Assembly: GCF_000186885.1 (NCBI RefSeq)
Contig: NC_014972.1
Coordinates: forward strand, 2,250,001-2,282,000
Length of the DNA: 32,000 nucleotides
From: Desulfobulbus propionicus DSM 2032
Lineage (GTDB): Bacteria > Desulfobacterota > Desulfobulbia > Desulfobulbales > Desulfobulbaceae
Direction: 5' to 3'
The notes under the pieces were generated by a model that was given only the letters and a program-made list of their open reading frames with translations, was not told where the DNA came from and searched no databases. The translations under genes were made by a program, and so were the position numbers. Shown one piece after another: positions 10,351 to 18,853 of this stretch (position 1 is its first letter; each line of letters begins with the position of its first letter).

Positions 10351-11853
10351 TTAATAGGAGGTCTTCAGCACCATATCCTTGCGCGATGCGGGATCGTAAA
10401 GCCCCTTGGCCTCGCTTTCCTTGAACCACTCCTGCTTGAGCGTATTGAGGAAGGTTTTCTTCTCCTCGATCAGCTTGGGCATGTCGAGGCCGATGAGCGT
10501 CTGCGCCTTTTCCTTGGTGGAGAAGTCGGGGGCGACATAATCGGCGGCATTATGTTTGGCCAGGACGATGCGCAGTTTCAGGCGGGCATCCTGTCCTTTG
10601 CTGATGGCGTTGGCCAGAGTCCGCAGGGTCTCTTCCGGTGCGTGGAAGAATGCGCCGTGCCCGGCGACGGCATAATCCCAACGCCACTGGCCGGCGCGAA
10701 TGTCCTGGAGGGCAGGCTTCATTTCTTCCTCCGTGGCGCCCAGTTCCCAGGCCTTGGCTGCCTCGAGATGCGCCCTGGCAAGAATATCCGTTGCCTGCCG
10801 GGCCAGCTCGTTCTTGCGTGCCAGCTTCAGTTCGACAGTCTCCTTGAACTCCTTCTCCGTGCCCTTATGGCAGTTGAGGCAGGTGTTGCCGATGTTGTCC
10901 AGCGGACTGCCGACCTTGTGGCTGGAATACTTCACCCCGCCTTCACGCATATAGGGCATGTGACAGTCGGCGCAGGCCAGACCGTTGCGGGCATGCACGC
11001 CGGTGACAAAGGTTTCGTAGTCGGGATGTTGAGCCTTGAGCATCGGCGCCTTGCTCAACTGATGGGTCCAGTCGGTGAATCCGTAGCCATCATAATACTG
11101 CTCGATCTGCTCGGGCGAGAATCCCTTGGCCCACGGGTAGGTGACCACGGCGGCGGTCTTCTTTTCGCCCTTATCCTCCCACTCGGTCTTCTTGAAGTAG
11201 TATTCGGCGTGGCATTGGGCGCAGACCAAAGAACGCATGTCCTGATGGGTAATGTCCGCCACCTTCAGGCTGCCCTCGGCATCGAGACCACGCTTGAGAT
11301 GCTCACGGGTCAGGGTCAGCTTCATGGTCTTGCTGTCATGGCAGTCGCCGCAACCAATGGGGTTAACCACCTCGTCGCCGTACTTGGCCCATTTGCCGGT
11401 GAAAAATTCCATCTCGCCGTCACGCTTGATCAGGCGGGGGACATCGGGGGATTTACAAGTCCAGCAGGCGGTTGGCTGGGGTCCGGTCTTTTTGTCCACC
11501 GGCGCGCCGGTACGCAGGGTGTTGATGTTATCTTCCAGGGCGTAATAGTGACCGCGCGGCTTGTTGTAGTCCTTGGAAAAGGCATACCCTGCCCAGAGAA
11601 CAACGATGGCCGGGTCATCCTTGAGCACGTCGCCGATCTCATCGCTCTTCCTGGTCTGCATATAGGTGTCGTACTGTCGGGGGTAATGCTTACCCCACTC
11701 AGAGGCGCGGGTCTCGTTCTCCTTGATGGCCGGAACCGCGCCTATGGCCTGCTGTTCCGCCTTATTCTCCCTGATGGACATGGTCAACAGCACCATCGGC
11801 ACGGTGACGAGGACGCAGAGCGTGAAGATAATGGGTGATTTTTTCATGAACAT
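10351..11853 (-). CDS. nrfA: Cytochrome c nitrite reductase, catalytic pentaheme subunit
   Basis: 500 aa with the diagnostic lysine-ligated heme motif CWTCK plus four CXXCH motifs (CGDCH, CAQCH, CADCH, CLNCH). Confidence 0.97.
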   Translation of the reverse strand: MFMKKSPIIFTLCVLVTVPMVLLTMSIRENKAEQQAIGAVPAIKENETRASEWGKHYPRQYDTYMQTRKSDEIGDVLKDDPAIVVLWAGYAFSKDYNKPRGHYYALEDNINTLRTGAPVDKKTGPQPTACWTCKSPDVPRLIKRDGEMEFFTGKWAKYGDEVVNPIGCGDCHDSKTMKLTLTREHLKRGLDAEGSLKVADITHQDMRSLVCAQCHAEYYFKKTEWEDKGEKKTAAVVTYPWAKGFSPEQIEQYYDGYGFTDWTHQLSKAPMLKAQHPDYETFVTGVHARNGLACADCHMPYMREGGVKYSSHKVGSPLDNIGNTCLNCHKGTEKEFKETVELKLARKNELARQATDILARAHLEAAKAWELGATEEEMKPALQDIRAGQWRWDYAVAGHGAFFHAPEETLRTLANAISKGQDARLKLRIVLAKHNAADYVAPDFSTKEKAQTLIGLDMPKLIEEKKTFLNTLKQEWFKESEAKGLYDPASRKDMVLKTSY

Positions 11854-11870
11854 TCTCCTGGTTGAAATCC

Positions 11871-12383
11871 TTAAAATACCTTGACCGAAAAAGTATTCTG
11901 TGTTGCCGTCAGATTACGCATGGTCCCATGGGGCAGGCCCCGATGACACTCCCAGCACCGCCGCCCCATCTGGACGGTACGGTCTTCGACCTTTTCATAG
12001 AGGGCGCTGTTGGCCAGCATCTGGGAAACAAGCTCCTTGTGACAGGAAATGCAGTTGTCCTGAATCCTCTTGGCGGCATCATCACTGATGCGGAGGTTGT
12101 AGCCGTAGGTCTTGAAGGTCATGGCCACGGAATGACGATAGCCGTCACGCGCCTTGGCCAGCACCTTGTTGACAAAGGTATCGCGCGGCAGGTGGCAGTC
12201 AACACAGGTTGCTCTCGCCCGATGGGAACTGTGCTGCCAGGTTTCGTAATGGGTATTCATGGGATGACAGTTGATGCAGACCTTGGGATCGCTGGATAGA
12301 TAGGAAAGCGCCTTGGATTCATGCACCAGGTTGGCGAACACGCCGATAACCACAAGAACGGCAAGTATGGCGAGATATTTCAT
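11871..12383 (-). CDS. nrfH: NapC/NirT/NrfH-type tetraheme quinol dehydrogenase subunit
   Basis: N-terminal TM anchor MKYLAILAVLVVIGVFANLVHE, with CINCH, CVDCH, CISCH and CWECH. Immediately upstream of nrfA. Start revised to the ATG at 12383. Confidence 0.93.
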   Translation of the reverse strand: MKYLAILAVLVVIGVFANLVHESKALSYLSSDPKVCINCHPMNTHYETWQHSSHRARATCVDCHLPRDTFVNKVLAKARDGYRHSVAMTFKTYGYNLRISDDAAKRIQDNCISCHKELVSQMLANSALYEKVEDRTVQMGRRCWECHRGLPHGTMRNLTATQNTFSVKVF

Positions 12384-12588
12384 AGATTGACCTGTTTCCC
12401 TGCGCAGCTGTTCAGGCTGCTGTGTTTTCGATGAAGGGAGGGTGACTGCTCCCGCATTCTCCACACGTCGCGCGCCACCTCGACCAACCATGAAGGAGGA
12501 GGTAACTCCTTGAATTGAAAGCAAACCACATACCACCTCCAAGAACAAGGCAACTTCAGCGCCATGGAAACCGGCCTCTTTCTCAAAC

Positions 12589-12638
12589 GCTACCATTTGG
12601 TAGCAAACATGCCAACCAAACCGCTACCAAACGGTAGC
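12589..12638. promoter_or_regulatory. Twin palindromic candidate operator in the nrfH/ygbA-like divergent intergenic region
   Basis: GCTACCA-TT-TGGTAGC (12589-12604) and GCTACC-AAAC-GGTAGC (12623-12638), spaced 34 bp centre to centre in the same orientation. Confidence 0.65.
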
Positions 12639-12795
12639 AAATCCTGTTCATCGATCCCCCTTTGCTAGGTGTTCAGACAATGGCTCCTCCAGGCCGGTTC
12701 CCCTTTTTTCTTTGCCGCTGCCCCGACAATAATGCTATGGTGGCACCATTCGCCGTCACAAACGACCAACACGCTCCTTCACCGCAACCGAAGCC

Positions 12796-13134
12796 ATGCC
12801 GCATCTTTTCTCTTCCCATCGCCTGCGGCGCGAGGCCCGCACCGTTGAGGCCATGATCCGCCGCTACTGCCGCGATCACCATGGCGCCACCACCGAACCG
12901 TGCCCAGACTGCCGCGATCTCCTGGCCTATGCCCAACAACGACTGCATCACTGTCCGTTTCAGCACCGCAAGACCACCTGCGCCAACTGTCCGGTCCATT
13001 GCTACAAACCCGCGCAACGTGAACGCATCCGCACGGTGATGCGACATAGCGGTCCACGGATGCTGTTGTCCCACCCTGTGCTGGCCCTCCTCCATCTGCT
13101 CGACGGCCTCCGGCGGCCGAGGCGCAAGCCATAA
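12796..13134 (+). CDS. Nitrous oxide-stimulated promoter family protein (YgbA_NO-like)
   Basis: 112 aa: REARTVEAMIRRYCRDHHG, PCPDCRDLLAYAQQRLHHCPF, KTTCANCPVHCYKPAQRERIRTVMRHSGPRMLLSHPVLALLHLLDG, characteristic of the YgbA family. Confidence 0.85.
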   Translation: MPHLFSSHRLRREARTVEAMIRRYCRDHHGATTEPCPDCRDLLAYAQQRLHHCPFQHRKTTCANCPVHCYKPAQRERIRTVMRHSGPRMLLSHPVLALLHLLDGLRRPRRKP

Positions 13135-13158
13135 TTCACCCCTCCTTGACACCACCAG

Positions 13159-13185
13159 CCAAATCCCGTAGAGTTGGCTTTTTGC
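13159..13185 (+). terminator. Probable intrinsic terminator after the ygbA-like gene
   Basis: AGCCAA - 11 nt - TTGGCT followed by TTTT. Confidence 0.5.
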
Positions 13186-13231
13186 TGGGGCCAGTCCGCC
13201 CCTTTCCCCACCCTCTTCCCGGTACTTGCCC

Positions 13232-13648
13232 ATGTTTGGAATCGGCCTCCCGGAAATGATCGTCATCTTCGCCGTTGCCCTGATCGTGGTCGGCCCGGAC
13301 AAGCTGCCCGGCCTGGCTCGTTCGCTTGCCAAGGGCTTGATGGAGATGAAAAAAACCCTCAATCAGGTCAAGGAGAATCTAACCCAGGAAGGCGAGGCCC
13401 TGGACTCGGTGCAGCAGGATCTGCGCAAGACAGCCGACGAACTCCGGGAAAAGATGATCGACGCCGATCCCTCCCATTGGCAACCTGCTTCAGGACCGGC
13501 GGACAAGAATGACACGGAAGCAATCATCGACGTGGAAGCCGAGCCGGTTGCCCCAGTGGCCGAATCGACCGTCGGGAGCCCGGAGCGGGCCGAGAACAGG
13601 CCGCAGTCTGCGCGGCCGGACGCAACCGGAGACACTGCTTGCCCATGA
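13232..13648 (+). CDS. tatB: Sec-independent protein translocase TatB (TatA/B family)
   Basis: MFGIGLPEMIVIFAVALIVVGPDKLPGLARSLAKGLMEMKKT plus amphipathic helix and acidic tail. ATG at 13232 preferred over the upstream TTG at 13226. Confidence 0.9.
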   Translation: MFGIGLPEMIVIFAVALIVVGPDKLPGLARSLAKGLMEMKKTLNQVKENLTQEGEALDSVQQDLRKTADELREKMIDADPSHWQPASGPADKNDTEAIIDVEAEPVAPVAESTVGSPERAENRPQSARPDATGDTACP

Positions 13649-14400
13649 TGTTCGAGGCTCTGGAGCAGTTCCGACCGCACCAGGAAGAGCTGCGCCGCCG
13701 GTTGATCCACTGTTTTCTGGCGTTGGCGCTGACCAGCACCGTTGCCTACCTCTGCAAGGATCAGATCGCGGCCTGGTGCATGCAGCCCCTTTATCAGGCC
13801 TATCCGCAACTGGGCAAACTGGTCTACACCAAACTGACCGAGGCCTTTCTCAGCTACCTCAAACTCTCGCTGCTGGTGGGGCTGATCGCGGCTCTGCCGT
13901 TCATGCTCTACCAGTGCTGGCTGTTCATCGCCCCCGGCCTGCTTGACCATGAAAAGCGCACCGTCCGTGCCATTGTTCTCTGGGCGACCCTGCTGTTCGC
14001 CGCCGGCGGCCTGTTCGCCTTTTTCATCGTCCTGCCCCGCATGCTTCACTACTTCATGAGCTATGCGTCCCCCACCCTACAGCCGATGCTCAAACTCGGG
14101 CTCTACCTGACCTTCGCCGCCCGCATGATCCTGGCCTTCGGCATAGCCTTCGAAATCCCCTTTCTCATGGTCATGGCCATCCGTACGCGCCTGATCCAAA
14201 AAGATCATTTTCGCAAAAAACGGCTCTATTTTTACATTGCCATCGTCATTCTCGCCTTTCTGCTTACCACCGGTGAGCTGACAGCCACCATCCTGCTCTC
14301 CTTCCCCCTGTTCGGCCTCTACGAGGCGGGAATTATCGCCGGCGGCGTGTTCGGCGGCACGACAAACCGCCCATCGACCGAAGGACCTTCTGCGGCCTGA
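13639..14400 (+). CDS. tatC: Sec-independent protein translocase TatC
   Basis: HQEELRRRLIHCFLAL, F(I)APGLLDHEKR, FGIAFEIPFLMVM, six TM-like segments. Overlaps the tatB 3' end. The exact start may be 13639-13648. Confidence 0.93.
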   Translation: MPMMFEALEQFRPHQEELRRRLIHCFLALALTSTVAYLCKDQIAAWCMQPLYQAYPQLGKLVYTKLTEAFLSYLKLSLLVGLIAALPFMLYQCWLFIAPGLLDHEKRTVRAIVLWATLLFAAGGLFAFFIVLPRMLHYFMSYASPTLQPMLKLGLYLTFAARMILAFGIAFEIPFLMVMAIRTRLIQKDHFRKKRLYFYIAIVILAFLLTTGELTATILLSFPLFGLYEAGIIAGGVFGGTTNRPSTEGPSAA

Positions 14401-14644
14401 CCGTCCGCCTGATCCCGCACAGCCAAAGCCCGCCACTGTGGACGGCCCAATCGCCCGGGCCGGATGGATCGGCGCCCTGATCATTTTTACCGCCAGTATC
14501 GCCCTGACCAGACGGAAACGCTAGCGAACGCATCGCGCAGCATTCCAGGAAATCAGACAAAGGAAAGGATACAGAAAAGCACCATCCCGTTTCGCCTCGC
14601 GGCCGGGATTTCCCGTTCCTGCTTGTTCAGGGGGAGAGACAGGG

Positions 14645-15667
14645 TCAGATGAGCGGCAGAACCTCCTGCTTGAGCAGGCAGCAGGAGATGCGATGGACCG
14701 GGGTGCCGTCCGGCTGGTAGGCGATGTTGTCCGGTTGCAGCAGCCGGTTCATCACGCAGCCCTCGGGGATGGTCAGGGGGAAGAAGCGGTCCTCGTTGAG
14801 GCCGTCGCGATGCACCAGCCGATTGTCCTCGATCTGGTAGCTATGGATGGGATGATCCTCGCACAGGGGACACTGGTAGACCCGGCCATTGGGGAAGATG
14901 AAAAAATTCTCGGCCACCATGCCGGCGCACTGAAAGGGTTCCTCGCGATCGAGATACACCTTGGGATAGACCACGTGGATGCCCAGACGGGCGGCGGCCT
15001 CGGCCACCTGCGGCACCACGGCCAGCCACCGCTGAGGCTCGACCTGCCAGTTGCTCGCCCCGTCCGGCTGCTGCACCGCCGGGTTGCCGCGCAGGCCGAT
15101 CACCTGGATGAAGAAGCGGCGCACGCCCAAATCGGCCAGCAAGGGGGGCATACGGTGCAGATGATCGATGTTGAGCGCGGACACGGTATAGATCAGGCTG
15201 GTGTTGAATCCCAAGGCCACGGCCCGACGAATATTTTCCGTGCAGACCGTGAACACTCCCTGGCCGCGGATCGGATCGTTGACCGGAGCCTCCGGCCCAT
15301 CGAGACTGAAGCTGAGGTAATCCAGTTCCTTGGGAGTGACCCGGTCGAGCAGGTCATGGAACAGGTAGCCGTTGGAATCCACGGTCACCGCATAGCGCAT
15401 TGATTTGGCGGCCTTGATGATGGCGGCCAGCTGCGGATGGAGGGTCGGTTCGCCGCCCAGAAGGATGAGAGTGGTCTGGCGCTCGGCGCGGGCGAAGAGC
15501 TTGAGCCACTGGAGCACGGTGGCAAGCGGCAGGGTGGCGGTGCCGTGCTGGGTCGGATTGATGTAGCAGTGACGGCAGGACAGATTGCAGGCGGTGAGCA
15601 GATGAAAAAAGACATTGCGCTCCCCGGGCTGAAACCCGACGGTGCGGGCAAGCGGTGCGCCGCTCAT
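14645..15667 (-). CDS. Radical SAM protein with SPASM/Twitch-like C-terminal cysteines
   Basis: MSGAPLARTVGFQPGERNVFFHLLTACNLSCRHCYINP (CX3CX2C), GGEPTLHPQ, FSLDGPEAPVNDPIRGQG, and later Cys motifs FQCAGM, YQCPLCE, EGCVM, SCCLL. Start set at the ATG at 15667, overlapping the deaminase stop by 4 nt. Confidence 0.88.
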   Translation of the reverse strand: MSGAPLARTVGFQPGERNVFFHLLTACNLSCRHCYINPTQHGTATLPLATVLQWLKLFARAERQTTLILLGGEPTLHPQLAAIIKAAKSMRYAVTVDSNGYLFHDLLDRVTPKELDYLSFSLDGPEAPVNDPIRGQGVFTVCTENIRRAVALGFNTSLIYTVSALNIDHLHRMPPLLADLGVRRFFIQVIGLRGNPAVQQPDGASNWQVEPQRWLAVVPQVAEAAARLGIHVVYPKVYLDREEPFQCAGMVAENFFIFPNGRVYQCPLCEDHPIHSYQIEDNRLVHRDGLNEDRFFPLTIPEGCVMNRLLQPDNIAYQPDGTPVHRISCCLLKQEVLPLI

Positions 15668-16185
15668 GGGGTGTCCTCCTCCACGGTCTGCGCCAGGGTG
15701 TAGCGGGCCAGGAGACTGTCCTGCCAGTAGGTGCCGGTACGGAAAAATTGCTGAAAGAGACGGAGGCTCTCGGTGCGCAGCACCCGGTCGATCAGATGGA
15801 CCTGCATCTGGGCATAGAGGGTGTTGAGCATGTACAAGGGAAGATTGGCGCCGCCGCCCATGACATCCTCGTAGGCCCAGACAAAGGAACGGATCCCGGA
15901 GAGCAACAGGGTGGCGTAGCACATCAGACAGGGTTCCATGGTCGTGTACACCGTGACCGTCGCCAGATCCAGGCCCGGTTGCTCGGCGATCAACCGTCGC
16001 AGCGTGACGACCTCGGCATGGTCGATTTCGTTGCGGTACCCCTCGATGCTGTTGTGCCGGCGACCCCGGGCCACAATCCCGTTATTTGCGACCATCGCGC
16101 AACCCACTGGAAACTCGCCCTCGGCCAAGGCCAGGCGCGCCTCCTCAAGGGCAACGGCCATGAACTGTTCGTGTTCGCTCATCAT
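15664..16185 (-). CDS. Nucleoside/nucleobase deaminase, TadA/GuaD-like (CMP/dCMP deaminase fold)
   Basis: HAE zinc motif (NEIDHAEVVTLRR) and PCLMC (TTMEPCLMCYATLLLSGI). Confidence 0.85.
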   Translation of the reverse strand: MMSEHEQFMAVALEEARLALAEGEFPVGCAMVANNGIVARGRRHNSIEGYRNEIDHAEVVTLRRLIAEQPGLDLATVTVYTTMEPCLMCYATLLLSGIRSFVWAYEDVMGGGANLPLYMLNTLYAQMQVHLIDRVLRTESLRLFQQFFRTGTYWQDSLLARYTLAQTVEEDTP

Positions 16186-16285
16186 TGGACAAGACAAAGA
16201 AAAAAGAGGAAAGGACCGGCAACCCGGCATCGACGGTTCGCAGCTATACCACGCGGCCAGGCCGCTGTCAAAGCGAGAGAGGACG

Positions 16286-17524
16286 CTAGAGCGAGCGGCC
16301 GAACCGCAGGATATTCTTCCCGATGGTGATCCCGGTATCGGGTTGAACCCAATCGTGCGACTTATCGACGCAGGGCAGATAGACCAGTTGGATCATCACC
16401 CCAGTCAGTCGCACCTGCGGCAGAAAGGGATAAATGCGTTTGGGGCTGGCGGTGGCGGCTGCCAAAACCAGCTTGACCGCCTGGCGCGCCTCGGAGGCCG
16501 CCAGGGTCACCGGGAACAGTTGGGGCAGTACCCGGCCGGCCAGCGGCTTGATCCGCCACTGGCCGAGCGTGGCCTGGCGGGCGGCCTGGAGAAAGATCTT
16601 GGGACGCAGCTTGACCGCCGGAATCCACAGGCTCATGGCCCGCTCGCGCCAACTGGGCCTGGGCAAAAACGGCTGGTTGGTGCGCTCGACGAAATCGGCG
16701 AAACTGTAGATCGAAAGCGCCGGAATATGGGCGGTCACCTTCCAGAACGGCAGGTAGAGGGGAATGGTGGAATCGCCCGGCTGCAACCACCAGTCGACCC
16801 GGGATAAACCTTCCGCACCAAACGACCAGGCAGTCTGGCAGTTGGCGCAGGTCATCACCTGGCAGTCGCCCTCTCCCTGCAATCCGGCCCCGCACTGGGG
16901 GCAGAGGGTGGCCAGGAATCGGACCCTCCAGGCCTCGTCATGCCGTCTGCCCTGGAGCGGATGCCCGGCCAGTTCCGCAAGATCGGCCAGACGGCTGTCG
17001 GTCACCCCATCGTACAGCCCATGATCTCTGGCCACCAGGGGGAGATAGATATAGCTCAGATTTTCGCCGATGTAGGCCCGGTGATGAAATCCTTCCCCGC
17101 CCGGAGTGACAAGATTGCCGACTGCGGCCGCCTTCTCCAAGATGGCGTTGGCCCCGATCGACTGCGGCAGATAGCGGTTGCCGGTCTCGGGATCGATCCG
17201 GCGCAATTCCATGGCCTGGGGCCGCAACCCCAGAGAAGGCGGCAGACCGGGGACAGGGTTGGCCGCCTGGGTGGTGTCGATCACCCGATGGTCGATCCCC
17301 TGGTCGGTAACCAGATAGATGGTGCCCTTGAAGCGCAGATAGGGCGCCAGCAACAAACCGTTCGAGGAGACGCCGCCGGCCATGGGCAACACATAGCGGG
17401 ACGGGCCGTTGGCCTGGAGATAGTTGCGGCTTCCGCAGAACGGGCAAACGAGCAGGTGATCGGTCTCGCTGAGCACCACGGCTGCACCGCATTGGGGACA
17501 CCCCTGTTCAACCCGGATATCCAT
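16286..17524 (-). CDS. Zinc-ribbon protein of unknown function
   Basis: Two zinc ribbons (CPQCGAAVVLSETDHLLVCPFCG and CPQCGAGLQGEGDCQVMTCANC). The rest is soluble with no recognised enzymatic motif. Start at MDIRVEQ is preferred. Confidence 0.7.
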   Translation of the reverse strand: MDIRVEQGCPQCGAAVVLSETDHLLVCPFCGSRNYLQANGPSRYVLPMAGGVSSNGLLLAPYLRFKGTIYLVTDQGIDHRVIDTTQAANPVPGLPPSLGLRPQAMELRRIDPETGNRYLPQSIGANAILEKAAAVGNLVTPGGEGFHHRAYIGENLSYIYLPLVARDHGLYDGVTDSRLADLAELAGHPLQGRRHDEAWRVRFLATLCPQCGAGLQGEGDCQVMTCANCQTAWSFGAEGLSRVDWWLQPGDSTIPLYLPFWKVTAHIPALSIYSFADFVERTNQPFLPRPSWRERAMSLWIPAVKLRPKIFLQAARQATLGQWRIKPLAGRVLPQLFPVTLAASEARQAVKLVLAAATASPKRIYPFLPQVRLTGVMIQLVYLPCVDKSHDWVQPDTGITIGKNILRFGRSL

Positions 17525-17563
17525 CACTCTGCCCGGCATCTCGGTAACCGATGACCTGGACAC

Positions 17564-18688
17564 TCAGCGCAGCTTGTCGCCGCACTGGTTGCAGAAAACC
17601 GCTTCCGGCAGGTTGGTGGCACGGCACTGCCCGCACACGATCTCCTTGGCCCGTTCCGCGGCCGGGTGGCCGCAACGGGGACAGAAGGAGGCGTTGGGCG
17701 GCAGGTTCTTGCCGCAGTGGACGCACTGCTGGCTGAGCAACTGCTGATGGCCGCAGAAGGGGCAGAAGCGGGCATTGGCCGGAATCATGTTGTCGCATTC
17801 CCGGCATTCGACTTCGGGGGGCCTACCGCCGGGGCGGGTGGTGTTGGTCTGCAGACCAGCGAACATGGCCGGCATCATCATCCCTAAGCCCAGACCCAGA
17901 CCGGCGCCGGCTTCGCCGCCGCTGGCCGCCGCCTTTTCCATGGCCATGGCCGCCTTCATGCGGACAAAATTGTCCATATCCTCGATCACCGCCATCCGTG
18001 AACGGTCGTCGATGGCTTGCTGCACCTCGACGGGCGGAGTGATCGAGGTCACGTAGAGCCGGTCCAGGGCCAGGCCGAAACGGGCGAAATCCAGGGTCAG
18101 CCGACGCTGTAAGCCATCGGCGATATCGTCAAAGCGGCCCGGCAGGTCAAAGAGCGAATGAAGGTGCTCACCCAGGTAGTCGTTGAATCGGGAAACGATC
18201 ACCTGGCGCAGGTAGTCCTCGACCTGATCGGTGGTGGAGCGGCCCATGGTGCCGGCCAAGGTGTTGATCAGGAGTACCGGCTGGATCACGCGGATGTTGA
18301 ACACCCCGTGGGCGCGGAGCCGCACCAACCCCAGTTCGGCGTCGCGGAAGGCAACCGGATCGCGGGTGCCCCACTTGAGGTCGCTGAACACCTTGAGGTT
18401 GACAAAAAAGACTTCGGCCCGCAGTGGGCTGACCAGCCCCCAGGGCGCGGACAGAATTTTGGTCAGGATCGGGATATTGCCGGTCTTGAGGGTATGGCGG
18501 CCGGGGCCGTAGGCATCGCAGGCCTTGCCCTTGTAGAACAGCACCGCTGCCTGGCTTTCGCGCACGGTCAGCTGCGCGCCGAACTTGATTTCTCCCGAAC
18601 CCCGCTCGGGCAGACGATGGAGCAGCTCCTTGCCGCTCTCGTCGAACCACTCGAGGGACTCCAGCAAAATAACATTGTCCATACCCAT
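17564..18688 (-). CDS. SPFH/Band-7 (COG4260, YdjI-like) protein with three C-terminal zinc ribbons
   Basis: SPFH-like N-terminal domain (LTVRESQAAVLFYKGKACDAYGPGRHTLKTGNIP), then a GLGLGLGMMMP linker and CRECDNMIPANARFCPFCG / CVHCGKNLPPNASFCPRCG / CGQCRATNLPEAVFCNQCG. Confidence 0.85.
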   Translation of the reverse strand: MGMDNVILLESLEWFDESGKELLHRLPERGSGEIKFGAQLTVRESQAAVLFYKGKACDAYGPGRHTLKTGNIPILTKILSAPWGLVSPLRAEVFFVNLKVFSDLKWGTRDPVAFRDAELGLVRLRAHGVFNIRVIQPVLLINTLAGTMGRSTTDQVEDYLRQVIVSRFNDYLGEHLHSLFDLPGRFDDIADGLQRRLTLDFARFGLALDRLYVTSITPPVEVQQAIDDRSRMAVIEDMDNFVRMKAAMAMEKAAASGGEAGAGLGLGLGMMMPAMFAGLQTNTTRPGGRPPEVECRECDNMIPANARFCPFCGHQQLLSQQCVHCGKNLPPNASFCPRCGHPAAERAKEIVCGQCRATNLPEAVFCNQCGDKLR

Positions 18689-18853
18689 GGGATACTCCTG
18701 TCTTGGTAGCTATTGCCGGCACGAATGGCTGTATTATAGTGGAGGCCGACACCGGCACCAAAGAGAAACGACGTGCCGGAAAAAAAGGTGCCCGTCCCCA
18801 GCCATCGACTGCCCGGGGGCATGCGGACGACACCGTGGAGCAAGAGAAAAACG

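Noticed and set aside
10213-11838. 541-aa plus-strand ORF
   Set aside because: Entirely antisense to nrfA, whose heme motifs leave no doubt about the coding strand.
13002-13512. Several overlapping ORFs on both strands around tatB
   Set aside because: They conflict with the ygbA-like gene and TatB, which have clear family motifs; alternative frames are Arg/Ser/Pro-rich.
14438-14524. 28-codon GTG-initiated hydrophobic ORF (VDGPIARAGWIGALIIFTASIALTRRKR) after tatC
   Set aside because: TM-like, but very short, with no convincing ribosome-binding site and a GTG start. Not enough support; a conservation check could revive it.
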